Shown here: positions 1-9,105 of the stretch, one piece after another
Layout of the letters: every line of letters begins with the position of its first letter
How positions within the stretch are numbered: the stretch's first letter is position 1
Origin: Cyanobacteriota bacterium
GTDB taxonomy: Bacteria > Cyanobacteriota > Vampirovibrionia > Vampirovibrionales > Vampirovibrionaceae
Reading direction: 5' to 3'
DNA: 64,000 nt
Assembly (NCBI GenBank): GCA_019751815.1
Contig: JAIEMW010000001.1
Span: 65,564 to 129,563 of the forward strand
Translations under genes and position numbers: made by a program
Notes under the pieces: model-generated
Databases searched by the model: none
Told to the model about the DNA's origin: nothing
The model's input: the letters and a program-made list of their open reading frames with translations, nothing else

Positions 1-482
1 GCAGAATCAGCACTGTCTTTTTCATGCTGGAGATTGACGGAAGATTCCCTATTTATAGCCCTCTGACTGGCATCACGAAGCTCATTTTGGATTGAAGCAA
101 ATAAACGAAACAAATTGTCTCTGGGGATAAAATCATGGGCCCCTGCTTTCATGGCGGCAACAATATCCATACCTGCTACTGGAGATGAGATCACAATAAA
201 TGGTATATCAACAGCCTGTTTCTTTAGAATATGAAGGGCATCTAACACACTGAACGAAGTCAGTGTATAGTCTGATAATATTAAGTCCCACTTTTGATGG
301 ATAATCTTTTGCTCAAACTGAGCAGACTGACTTACACGTTCATAGGTAATATTCGGAATCTCTTTTTCAATTCGTTTCACTATGGACTCTGCATCATCCT
401 GTGAATCTTCTATAAGCAGAATTTTCAGTGAACGAGTCGTAGTGTCTTGAACCAACCTAGTATCTTCAAGGACTTGTAACAC
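1..482 (-). CDS. response-regulator receiver domain protein, probably the N-terminus of a hybrid sensor kinase (runs off the window)
   Basis: Not in the ORF track; translated by hand from GTG 482 (GGAG upstream): LKILLIEDSQDDAE...WDLILSDYTL...IPFIVISS...AMKAGAHDFIPRDNL, followed by a coiled-coil linker. Confidence 0.85.
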   Translation of the reverse strand, partial: MLQVLEDTRLVQDTTTRSLKILLIEDSQDDAESIVKRIEKEIPNITYERVSQSAQFEQKIIHQKWDLILSDYTLTSFSVLDALHILKKQAVDIPFIVISSPVAGMDIVAAMKAGAHDFIPRDNLFRLFASIQNELRDASQRAINRESSVNLQHEKDSADS

Positions 483-679
483 AAGACTTTCTCCGTTCGG
501 ATCCGGCGTATATTTTTTATGATGGGAACACAACTTATTTAAACAAATACCATAAAATAAAAGTACAAGCATTTTATAAACACGTTTACGTTACAAACAA
601 ACTTTGCTTCACATCTGTTTTAGCGGCGTATAAACAAACCCACTTTATCCCCTCGAATAAGACAGGGCTTGAAATAATT

Positions 680-714
680 AGGAGATGATCTCTTAAAGAA
701 GAGACCATCCCCTA
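680..714 (-). terminator. hairpin downstream of the SLH gene
   Basis: Minus strand AGGGGATGGTCTCTT-cttt-AAGAGATCATCTCCT followed by AATTATTT. Confidence 0.55.
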
Positions 715-799
715 TCTTAGTTTAGTGATAGTAGTGACGCTAGGTCGCAATATCTTACCAACTATCCATAGGATACTGAGAACAATAACTCAGCTATCC

Positions 800-1489
800 C
801 TACTGTTGCTTTTCTTGAGCTTTTACCAGGTTTTCTTTGGCAACACTGACTTGCACCGCTTTTCTTAGATTCACCATCATGACCGAGGTTTCTCCACGAG
901 TGGCTTTTCTGTTTGGTTCAAGCATATTCTCACGCGAAGGTGAATTCGCAGAAATATGGGTATAAACAGCTTTAGCCACAGATTTTCGTGCCCATTCAGG
1001 AACTTTCTCTGAGTCGCTATAGGTCGACAGCACTTCTTCTGAGTTGACCGTGGCGGGTACAGCTAAATGTCCGGAATTTGACAGAATGGACATTACTTCG
1101 CTACGGGTGATGTATCGATTGGGCATAAATAAATCACCTGGGTAGCCTTTCATCAGTTGAGCTTCCGTCACAGCACGGATAGATGCAGAGGCCCATTTAC
1201 CTGTTTTGACGTCCTTGAAAATGGGTGCGTCACTTGAGAGTGTGACCGGTAGATTTAACATCTTTGCCAAACTAACAGCAAATTCACCCCGGGTAATTGA
1301 ATTTTCAGGGCGGAAACTCCCATCGGTATAACCATTGATTATGTTTTCGCTGCTGAGGTTTTGTATATCCTGATTAGCCCAGTGATTGTTGGTATCATTA
1401 AATGCAAATGCACGCAGCCCAGTAAACTGAACTCCCAGCATCAGTGTTGAGGCTAGTAGCCCTTTAACAATATTGATTTTATTTTTCAT
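800..1489 (-). CDS. S-layer homology (SLH) domain protein with signal peptide
   Basis: Three SLH repeats (FNDTNNHWA..I.GY.DGSFRPENSITRGE; FKDV..KWA..GYPGDLFMPNRYITRSE; YSDSEKVPEWA..LEPNRKATRGE); AGGAG RBS before ATG 1489; AFA cleavage site. Confidence 0.9.
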   Translation of the reverse strand: MKNKINIVKGLLASTLMLGVQFTGLRAFAFNDTNNHWANQDIQNLSSENIINGYTDGSFRPENSITRGEFAVSLAKMLNLPVTLSSDAPIFKDVKTGKWASASIRAVTEAQLMKGYPGDLFMPNRYITRSEVMSILSNSGHLAVPATVNSEEVLSTYSDSEKVPEWARKSVAKAVYTHISANSPSRENMLEPNRKATRGETSVMMVNLRKAVQVSVAKENLVKAQEKQQ

Positions 1490-1746
1490 ATCTATTCTCC
1501 TTGGTGCTTTCAAAACAATATGTAGACTCTATTAGAACAGAATCTTGACTGACTCTAGCCAAAGCACTGACTTGAAAGTATCAGGCATGTGTCTATAAAT
1601 ATTGACTGTGTGAGAGGTGATAACAATGCTAGACACTTGGCTAATTGATCCCATAAATGGATTGTCTCTATAGTGAGTCAAGCGAGTTAAAAGAGTAGTC
1701 AGACTTTTAACTTGATTCCGTATTATTTTTTAAAGGAGATAACACC

Positions 1747-1974
1747 ATGAGTACCGATGCTAAAACACAACCTAAAAATGATTTTGGTAAACTGAAAAGT
1801 CAGTTGAGAAAAAAATACACAAAACTGGAAGATAGTGATTTTATCAGTTTTGAAAATGAAAAAGAATGGGGCACGAAACAAGACGATAAGCTGTTAGAAA
1901 TGCTTCAAAAAAAGACGGGTCAAACCATTGAAGTTCTGAGACGTGATTTACACGATATCAGTAAGACCAATTAA
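1747..1974 (+). CDS. CsbD-like general stress protein
   Basis: FGKLKSQLRKKYTKLEDSDF...KLLEMLQKKTGQTIE resembles the CsbD/YjbJ pattern; AAGGAG RBS. Confidence 0.65.
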   Translation: MSTDAKTQPKNDFGKLKSQLRKKYTKLEDSDFISFENEKEWGTKQDDKLLEMLQKKTGQTIEVLRRDLHDISKTN

Positions 1975-2065
1975 TAACTTTCTAATTGTATTTATGTTCC
2001 CCCCTCTTTTGTTGACTGTTACGTTCAACACGAGAGGGGGACTATCAAAAATGGAGTACACAACC

Positions 2066-2215
2066 ATGTTATGGACAATTTTTACCATTCTGTTGATTTT
2101 ATGGCTTTTAGGTATGGTGAGTTCGTATACACTGGGCGGGTTTATCCATATTTTGCTTTTGATGGCAATCGCTGTCATGTTGATTCGGATCATTCAAGGG
2201 CGGAAACCGGCTTAG
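2066..2215 (+). CDS. lmo0937-family (DUF5670) small membrane protein
   Basis: MLWTIFTILLILWLLGMVSSYTLGGFIHILLLMAIAVMLIRIIQGRK matches the family pattern; GGAG upstream of ATG 2066. Confidence 0.85.
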   Translation: MLWTIFTILLILWLLGMVSSYTLGGFIHILLLMAIAVMLIRIIQGRKPA

Positions 2216-2257
2216 GTGTATGATGTGTTTGCAAGGTAATAGAAATGAGTTAAGGCC

Positions 2258-2956
2258 ATGACCTCACCGGCATCTTCAAACCCATCGCCGTCAAGAATAA
2301 AAATTGTCTATGTGGAAGACTATCAATTGGTTCGCGTAGGCATCGCTGCCTATCTCAATAGCTTAAGCGATATTGAAGTGGTTGCTCAGGCAGATTCTGC
2401 GGAAGCTGGGCTGATCCATGTTGATTATTTTAAACCAGATATTGTTCTGATGGATTTGGGGCTGCCTAAAATGAATGGTATTGAAGCCACCCGGCTCATC
2501 AAAAATAAGCATCCTGATATCAAAGTCATTATTCTGACTTCGCATCAGACCGAGGAGTCTGTGATTGCAGCCCTGGGTGCTGGTGCTAATGCATATTGCC
2601 TCAAAGATATCACCACTGAACGCTTGGTGGAAGTGATCCACTCCGTCATGGATGGAGCCGCTTGGCTTGATCCCACTATTGCCCAAATAGCATTGTCTAT
2701 TTATGCGGACCAAAATATTACCAGTCGATATGGAAATAATAAAGAAAACTTTTCCCTGGGTGAACGAGAGCACGAAGTGCTTCGTTTACTGACATTGGGA
2801 AACAACAATAACGAGATAGCAGCTCAGCTTTTTGTCAGTGTTCATACTGTAAAATCACAGGTAAGTACTATTTTACAAAAACTTTCTGTCCACGACCGTG
2901 TTCAAGCAGCTGTTAAAGCAGTTACTTGTGGGTTAGTTTCACTAGAGCCGCAATAA
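2258..2956 (+). CDS. NarL/FixJ-family response regulator (REC plus LuxR HTH)
   Basis: VEDYQLVR...PDIVLMDLGLPKMNGIEAT...LGEREHEVLRLLTLGNNNNEIAAQLFVSVHTVKSQV. Confidence 0.95.
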   Translation: MTSPASSNPSPSRIKIVYVEDYQLVRVGIAAYLNSLSDIEVVAQADSAEAGLIHVDYFKPDIVLMDLGLPKMNGIEATRLIKNKHPDIKVIILTSHQTEESVIAALGAGANAYCLKDITTERLVEVIHSVMDGAAWLDPTIAQIALSIYADQNITSRYGNNKENFSLGEREHEVLRLLTLGNNNNEIAAQLFVSVHTVKSQVSTILQKLSVHDRVQAAVKAVTCGLVSLEPQ

Positions 2957-2974
2957 AAATAGAGGAGATAAGCC

Positions 2975-3277
2975 ATGATCAATAGACGAAATTTATTATT
3001 GAGTGGAACTTTGTTGATTTTGCTGACGATCGGATGGTCCCTGCCACTTCCGCAAAACCAAAGCGCGGTCTATGCGTCAACACGACATAAAAAAACATAT
3101 TTTCAACGACATCCTTACCAAAAAACAGGTTTGATTGGGGGCGGTATAGGTGCTGTTGCAGGAGGTGTCCTTTCTGGAAGAAGACACAGAAAGGGAAATA
3201 TTATTAAAGGGGCCGCTTTGGGTGGAGCTGCAGGTCTTGGCTACCAGTATCTCAAAAGAAAAGATTCACTGCGTTAG
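2975..3277 (+). CDS. small exported glycine-zipper protein
   Basis: Signal-like N-terminus; GLIGGGIGAVAGG and GAALGGAAGLG zippers; AGGAG RBS. Confidence 0.7.
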   Translation: MINRRNLLLSGTLLILLTIGWSLPLPQNQSAVYASTRHKKTYFQRHPYQKTGLIGGGIGAVAGGVLSGRRHRKGNIIKGAALGGAAGLGYQYLKRKDSLR

Positions 3278-3278
3278 A

Positions 3279-3707
3279 CTAAGGTAGTTTGAGGACTTCT
3301 TCTAAAATTTGTTTTTCATCACTCTCACTCAGTCCAGCTTGAATTTGGCACATAAAACTTTCGTAGGGTTGCTCAATGTAAGCCTTAAATTTATCTCTCA
3401 GTTTGATAAGCTCTTCTCTATAACGTTTTTCTTCCACATGGAGCATAATGATATTCTCATAAAGAACCACCATTGCGTCATGGGTCAGCTCAAATTTATG
3501 GTACCGAGTTTTGTATAATGGGTGTTCTACAAGGACATGTTGCACAATGGAAGCCTGATTTCTAAAAAAGGTGTTCAATTGAGTAAATACCAGTGTAGAC
3601 CGGACCAATCGCTGTTCCAGTGTTAAGGTTGGAAATTTATCAATCAATTCGCTGAGAAGCAGGTCGATTGAATCTGCTTGTGCCAGCGCTGTATTCACAA
3701 GTGTCAT
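3279..3707 (-). CDS. hypothetical helical protein, possibly a degenerate hemerythrin fold
   Basis: 142 aa with four amphipathic helices; size and spacing like HHE domains but most His/Glu ligands missing. Confidence 0.45.
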   Translation of the reverse strand: MTLVNTALAQADSIDLLLSELIDKFPTLTLEQRLVRSTLVFTQLNTFFRNQASIVQHVLVEHPLYKTRYHKFELTHDAMVVLYENIIMLHVEEKRYREELIKLRDKFKAYIEQPYESFMCQIQAGLSESDEKQILEEVLKLP

Positions 3708-3749
3708 TTTTAGAACCTCTTAATACCAGAGTTTACTAAAAGGTAATGC

Positions 3750-4031
3750 TTAATCAGTGGTGGTTGTCGTTGTTTTGGTTGTTTCTGTGTGATCAGCATG
3801 ACTAGACCCAGAAAAACCATGAATAAAGCCACTAAACATGCCTGTTACGGCTCCAATCGGAGCACCTATAACACCACCAACAACTCGAACGGGTAATAGA
3901 ATCACTTCTGCTACCGGATTGCTATAGGATTTTTCTGTTTTCGTTTTTTCAATCGTGACTTCACTGGCCAAAACTAAGGAGCTATTGACGATTAAGGAGA
4001 AAAAACTCAGAAAAAGTAATATCTTACGCAT
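3750..4031 (-). CDS. small exported protein with glycine-zipper helix
   Basis: Signal peptide (VLA-S), VVGGVIGAPIGAVTG segment, Thr-rich tail; AAGGA RBS. Confidence 0.6.
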   Translation of the reverse strand: MRKILLFLSFFSLIVNSSLVLASEVTIEKTKTEKSYSNPVAEVILLPVRVVGGVIGAPIGAVTGMFSGFIHGFSGSSHADHTETTKTTTTTTD

Positions 4032-4207
4032 TTCAGACTTCCTTTATTCTAATGACTAATAGTGTGACTAACCATAGCTTATCGTAATAGCGATTAAGTA
4101 CAATTAGCCATGTATTTATACATTGTCATTTTATAACCATCATTTTTAAAAATAATATTTCTTAGAATAGTTGTCGATAGAATCCCTCTTTTAGAGTGAA
4201 TTTTGAG

Positions 4208-4248
4208 AAAAATGGAGAATAACACTTTTAAGTGAGTATTCTCCATTT
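4208..4248 (-). terminator. intrinsic terminator
   Basis: Minus strand AAATGGAGAATA..CACTT-aa-AAGTG..TATTCTCCATTTTT just after the 4273 stop. Confidence 0.65.
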
Positions 4249-4272
4249 AGACTTTTTATAATCAGCTCATTA

Positions 4273-4791
4273 TTAGGCCGGGACTCTATCTAGTTCTATC
4301 ACTTCCTCAAATTGTCTGACAAGTTCTTTTGCTTTTAGCGCCTCGGCTGCTGTGCCATGAACAATTAGCATGAATTTATCGGCTTTAATTTCTGTTTCGT
4401 ATCGAATGACTGTATCCTCAGGAATACCGAGACTTACGAGTGCTGCACCCAGTGCATTCAGACCGCCTACAATAGCAGCTCCTTCTAAAGCACCGACCAT
4501 GACTGCCAAAATTGGTCCAGCAATAAACACGGAACCTACCACTGGAATAAAAAAGAGGCCAGAACCCAAAAAAGCACCAAAAATACCACCCCAAAAAGCC
4601 CCCAGTTTTCCCCAGGCCAGAACCCGATCACCCGTATTGACATACCCGATAACATGCTCATTGGTATGATAGTCTTTTCCCAGGATAGAGAGCTTTTTCA
4701 TATCAAAGCCATCTTTCTGGAGCTCTTTGATGGCATCCTCTGCATCGATATGTGAGTTAAAAATGGCTATGGCAATCGCTTTGGGTTTCAT
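4273..4791 (-). CDS. general stress protein (DUF1269/YflT-like membrane protein)
   Basis: AEDAIKELQKDGFDMKKLSILGKDYHTNEHVIGY...WGKLGAFWGG...LGAALVSLGIPEDTVIRYETEIKADKF. Confidence 0.85.
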   Translation of the reverse strand: MKPKAIAIAIFNSHIDAEDAIKELQKDGFDMKKLSILGKDYHTNEHVIGYVNTGDRVLAWGKLGAFWGGIFGAFLGSGLFFIPVVGSVFIAGPILAVMVGALEGAAIVGGLNALGAALVSLGIPEDTVIRYETEIKADKFMLIVHGTAAEALKAKELVRQFEEVIELDRVPA

Positions 4792-5143
4792 TACAGGACC
4801 TACTTTCTGAATACAAATGCTCATTTGAGAATTGTTTCATCCACCCAGCACTTGTTAATAAAATTAAGTTTCGAGTAAAGAGTGCCGAGTTGAGTTTACA
4901 CTAGTTCTAGATGACAAAATCTAGTGGGTTTAACATACCTATTAGTTTGTTAAATTACTCATTAATATCCTAGAATTAACAATTGAACCTACCCATCCGC
5001 CATGTGGCTAAAAAGAGAAGAAAATTGTCTATTGAGGATTGATATTATTTTCTAACAACGGAAAAAATTCCTTGAGTCTGTAGCAACAGTTGATTAAAAT
5101 AGACTGGCGTAACCTTGTACTTATAAAGTTGGAAACTGATTTT

Positions 5144-6289
5144 ATGTCTGTTTTTACTGACCATGAGAAAGAGCATTACAGTCGCCATTTGAGTTTGACA
5201 GGGTTTGGTGAAGACCGACAAATCCTGCTTAAACAATCACGTGTTCTATTGGTCGGAGCAGGGGGCCTTGGTTGTCCAGCTGGTCTTTACCTCGCCGCCT
5301 CAGGGGTTGGTAAAATCGGCGTGATAGATTTCGATACTGTAGAGCGGTCTAATCTACAAAGACAAATCGCACATAGTGTCCATGATCTCCATCGATCCAA
5401 GGTAGATAGCTTGATTGATTCTATGCAAAGCGTGAATCCCTGGATTACCTACTCTGGGTACCGTAATAAATTGGCAGTTGACAATATTGAACAGATATTA
5501 CCAGAGTACGATTTGATTTTGGACGGTTCTGATAATTTCTCTACTCGCTTTTTACTCACAGATGCATGTTATTTAATGAAAAAACCCTTGATTCAAGCGG
5601 CTGTTTTCGAGACCGAAGGACAGTTAAGTTTCTGTCTGCCGGGTCATGGGCCTTGTTACCGATGCCTGTTTGAATCGAGGCCTAAGGGAGAAGCATTACC
5701 CAATTGTTCAGACATTGGGGTGCTTTCTGTGCTGCCTGGTACCATGGGGTTACTGATGGCAACAGAAGCCATTAAGTTTATCACCGGATGGGGGGAAACA
5801 CTGGAGAAAAAATTTATTCGTTATAATGCACTGACCAGTTCGATGAAAACTTACCACAATGTGAATAATCCAGACTGTCCGCTCTGCGGTAATAACCCTA
5901 AAATACAGAATTTAAACTCATATCAACAAACCATGGATTCTTCTTTTTGCGGTGAATCGATCACACTTTCGATTGCCCAATTACTGTCGATGGAGTCGTT
6001 GCAGCCTGTTTTTCTGGATGTTCGATCGCAAGCAGAATATGAACGTCTGCATAAACCGGGTGCGATTCATTGCCCATTAGACAATCTCTCCCAAGAAAAA
6101 ACCAAGAAATTGCTTTCAGAATTACCTGAAAAGACTATCATTATTACATACTGCCAAAAAGGACTTCGTAGTTTGCAGGCAGCTCAGATGTTAAAAACTT
6201 GGGGGTGGGATCGAGTGTTTTCTCTCGATGGCGGACTTAATCAATTATCCGAGACTGAAAAATCTTGGTTTTTAGATACAGCTTTGTAA
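5144..6289 (+). CDS. moeB: MoeB/ThiF-family sulfur-carrier adenylyltransferase with C-terminal rhodanese (MoeZ-type)
   Basis: YSRH, GAGGLG, SNLQRQ, CYRC and CPLC Zn motifs, rhodanese CQKGLRS. Confidence 0.92.
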   Translation: MSVFTDHEKEHYSRHLSLTGFGEDRQILLKQSRVLLVGAGGLGCPAGLYLAASGVGKIGVIDFDTVERSNLQRQIAHSVHDLHRSKVDSLIDSMQSVNPWITYSGYRNKLAVDNIEQILPEYDLILDGSDNFSTRFLLTDACYLMKKPLIQAAVFETEGQLSFCLPGHGPCYRCLFESRPKGEALPNCSDIGVLSVLPGTMGLLMATEAIKFITGWGETLEKKFIRYNALTSSMKTYHNVNNPDCPLCGNNPKIQNLNSYQQTMDSSFCGESITLSIAQLLSMESLQPVFLDVRSQAEYERLHKPGAIHCPLDNLSQEKTKKLLSELPEKTIIITYCQKGLRSLQAAQMLKTWGWDRVFSLDGGLNQLSETEKSWFLDTAL

Positions 6290-6425
6290 GCACTTCTTGT
6301 AAGCACCTAATGAAAAATGATTATGAGTCATTATTTCTGTGATTATTTTTCTTGATGACAGAAAGGTGTGCCGAGCACAGGCGTGCTGGGACTGGCCAGA
6401 TCCCGCGTTTGCATCGGGCCAGCCT
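6121..6425. repeat. direct repeat copy 1 (~305 bp; intact moeB 3' end plus orphan thiG 3' end)
   Basis: Aligns without gaps to 7866-8170 (offset 1745); 13 mismatches counted by eye. Confidence 0.95.
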
Positions 6426-6623
6426 TCGTTGAAGGCAGGTATTGAAGGGACGATCCCTTTGCTGCTTCAAGTTTTTTGAAACACTTCTTTCCAGCGTATC
6501 CCAAATGTGGACATAAAAATTAGAGGTGTAAGTATTTTGTTTGACATCGGAGTCTGTGAATTGTAAAATCGGTCCCTTGTCTAGCGTGAATTTTTTCCGA
6601 TTTTTCATCTTATAAATAGGAGT

Positions 6624-7160
6624 GTGTTTTCAATGAAACTACTTGCTCAAGCACTGGAAACAGTGTTTACTGGTCGCTTTGGTCAATCTTTTGCCACTTT
6701 TTCGCACTTGTTGATGTATCTCTCTTTGGCCATTATCTTTTTCTGGATTGGATGCATGAAATTTACGGCCTACGAGGCTGAAGGCATCAAGGGACTGGTG
6801 ACTAACAGCTATCTTATCTCCTGGATGTATCGGTTCCTTGATGTACAGAGCTTTTCCAACTTTCTCGGTGTGGTTGAAATCACCATTGGTGCGCTGATTG
6901 TGGGGCGTTTGATTTCACCAGTACTTTCTTTTGTTGGCGGTGGTTTGTCGGCAGGGTTGTTTTTCACCACCCTGTTCATGATTGTCACTGTTCCGGGCGT
7001 ATTTGAGCCGAGTGCTGGTGGTTTTCCTGCACTCTCAGTGGTTCCGGGACAATTTTTATTAAAAGATATTGGACTGATGGCCATTGCGCTGTTTATTATG
7101 CTGGACAGTGCCCAGACTATCACGCGTGGGTCTGCTTCCTATCCGTTTGGCCAAGAATAA
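6624..7160 (+). CDS. YkgB/RclC (DUF417) family membrane protein
   Basis: WIGCMKFTAYEAEGI.GLVTNS...GGFPALSVVPGQFLLKDI. Confidence 0.9.
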   Translation: MFSMKLLAQALETVFTGRFGQSFATFSHLLMYLSLAIIFFWIGCMKFTAYEAEGIKGLVTNSYLISWMYRFLDVQSFSNFLGVVEITIGALIVGRLISPVLSFVGGGLSAGLFFTTLFMIVTVPGVFEPSAGGFPALSVVPGQFLLKDIGLMAIALFIMLDSAQTITRGSASYPFGQE

Positions 7161-7191
7161 GTTTCCACTAGAGTATAGTATATGATGGGGT

Positions 7192-7865
7192 TTGCTACTT
7201 GCTAAATCGTCTTTTCCTAAAGTTTCTTATCGTTCTCCTGCTTGGGCTTCCCATGGTCACTGGTGTATTTGCGAACCCAGGGCATGGTATGTGAGACACA
7301 AAACCGTCCAGGTAGGTGAGCACACTAACTTTTTACCGCGAGGCAGAGTCTTCTGGCAAGCCAGTTATTCTCTTGCTGCACGGCTATCCGACTTCTTCTT
7401 ATACGTATCGTGACTTGATGCGTGAATTGGGGAATGAATACCACCTCATTGTGCCGGACATGCCGGGTTTTGGTCGCACGTCGTTATTGCTTCGCAGCCA
7501 GTTTCCCTATACTTTTGAAAATCACTACAAAGTGCTGAACGGGTTTGTTGAAAAGCTGGGCTTGAAACGTTACACCTTGTATATTATGGACTACGTGCAC
7601 CGGTTGGCCTTCGTCTTGCCAGCGTAACCCGGAGCGTGTAACAGCCATCATTACCCAAAACGGTAACGCTTATCAAGAAGGCTTTGATCAGCAGAGCGAG
7701 CCGATGTGTTTGCTTATTGGCAGAGTAGCTCACAGGCTGATCGCGACAAATTGAGGTCGGCTAATCAGGAAGCCGGTATCTAATTGTGACAGGTATTCTC
7801 AAAGCCAACTTGGCAGGAATTAGCCCGGAATCATGGGAGATTGATTCTCATAACATGGCTTCGCC
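7192..7865 (+). pseudogene. alpha/beta hydrolase pseudogene (haloalkane dehalogenase/epoxide hydrolase-like)
   Basis: Pieces in different frames: VRHKTVQV / FYREA..LLLHGYPTSS..PDMPGFG..YIMDY / APVGLRLA / PERVTAIITQNGNAYQEG / ISPESWEID; frameshifts near 7330 and 7597, in-frame stops near 7782, truncated at repeat copy 2. Confidence 0.88.
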
Positions 7866-8170
7866 ATTACCTGAAAAGACTATCATTATTACATACTGCC
7901 AAAAAGGACTTCGCAGTTTGCAGGCAGCTCAAATGTTAAAAACTTTGGGGTGAGATCGAGTGTTTTCTTTCGATGGCGGACTTAATCAATTATCCGAGAC
8001 AGAAAAATCTTGGTTTTTAGATACAGCCTTGTAAGCACTTCTAGTAAGCACTTAATGAAAAATGATTATGAGTCATTATTTCTGTGATTATTTTTCTTGA
8101 TGCCAGAAAGGTGTGCCGGGCACAGGCGTGCTGGGACTGGCCAGATCCCGCGTTTGCATCGGACCTGCCT
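7866..8170. repeat. direct repeat copy 2 (decayed moeB 3' end plus intact thiG 3' end)
   Basis: Matches 6121-6425; the moeB frame has TGG>TGA at 7951-7953. Confidence 0.95.
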
Positions 8171-8867
8171 CATAAGCCAGTCGGCCTGCCTCGATGGCTT
8201 GTTTAAATCCCTCTGCCATTTGAACCGGATTTTTTGCCAGAGCAACGGCTGAATTTAATAAAACAGCATCGTAGCCCATCTCCATTACACTGGCTGCGTG
8301 TGACGGCAGGCCAATACCTGCGTCTATAATTAAAGGAGTGTTAGGAAGTCGCTCGCGTAATATTTTTAAAGCATAGGGGTTACTCGGGCCGCGTCCTGTG
8401 CCAATGGGAGCTGCCCAAGGCATCAAAATATTGCAGCCAATATCCAACAAACGTTGTGCGAGTACCAGATCATCAGTGGTGTAGGGAAAGACCTCAAAAC
8501 CTTCTGCTATAAGGGTTTTTGCTGCCTCTAAGAGGCCAAACGGATCGGGCTGTAAATTCCACTCATCTCCAATAACTTCGAGTTTAATCCAAGAAGTGTT
8601 AAAAATCTCTCTTGCCATGAGTGCTGTTGTAACAGCTTCCTTTGCGGTTTTACACCCAGCCGTGTTGGGTAAAAAACGGAGGCCTAATTCTTGTATTAAC
8701 TCCCAAAAGGCTTTACCAGATTCTGCCGTTTGTCTACGCAGGGATACAGTAACAATCTCTGCCCCACTGGCAATAATGGCTTGCTGCATGATTTCAACTG
8801 AGGGATACAGCGCGGTGCCAATGAGCAGCCGGCTGGTTAGCTGTTCTGATGGAAACGGTGACCACAT
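8088..8867 (-). CDS. thiG: thiazole synthase
   Basis: [46 protein letters not shown]. Confidence 0.97.
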   Translation of the reverse strand: MWSPFPSEQLTSRLLIGTALYPSVEIMQQAIIASGAEIVTVSLRRQTAESGKAFWELIQELGLRFLPNTAGCKTAKEAVTTALMAREIFNTSWIKLEVIGDEWNLQPDPFGLLEAAKTLIAEGFEVFPYTTDDLVLAQRLLDIGCNILMPWAAPIGTGRGPSNPYALKILRERLPNTPLIIDAGIGLPSHAASVMEMGYDAVLLNSAVALAKNPVQMAEGFKQAIEAGRLAYEAGPMQTRDLASPSTPVPGTPFWHQEK

Positions 8868-8901
8868 AATGTGTACTTTCTAAATAACATTGATTGACTC
8901 T

Positions 8902-9105
8902 TCATCCGCCCTGCATGGGGGATAAAATTTCGAGTACTTCTTCGGGTTGAACAAGCCGTGAGGAAAAAGTATTGCGAGGGACAAATTCGTTATTGATAGC
9001 GACAGCTACAGACTGGGTTTCATACCCCAAAGATGCTAGTAAAGATTGAATACTGGGACGCTCCTCAATAAGGGTATGAGGCTCCCCATTAACGACGACC
9101 TGCAT
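8902..9105 (-). CDS. thiS: thiamine sulfur carrier protein
   Basis: MQVVVNGE...VAVAINNEFVPR...MQGG with C-terminal GG; GGAGG RBS. Confidence 0.95.
   Translation of the reverse strand: MQVVVNGEPHTLIEERPSIQSLLASLGYETQSVAVAINNEFVPRNTFSSRLVQPEEVLEILSPMQGG

Noticed and set aside
1943-2065. Longer start for the lmo0937-family ORF
   Set aside because: Overlaps the CsbD-like gene and a hairpin (about 1998-2041); the family starts at MLW.
6321-6608. 95-aa minus-strand ORF overlapping repeat copy 1
   Set aside because: Out of frame with the thiG tail and without recognisable motifs; probably chance.
7192-7627. Two separate ORFs (7192-7413 and 7316-7627)
   Set aside because: Both are frameshifted pieces of one hydrolase pseudogene.
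6121-8170. IS element or composite transposon
   Set aside because: No transposase or terminal inverted repeats; the repeats are host gene sequence.
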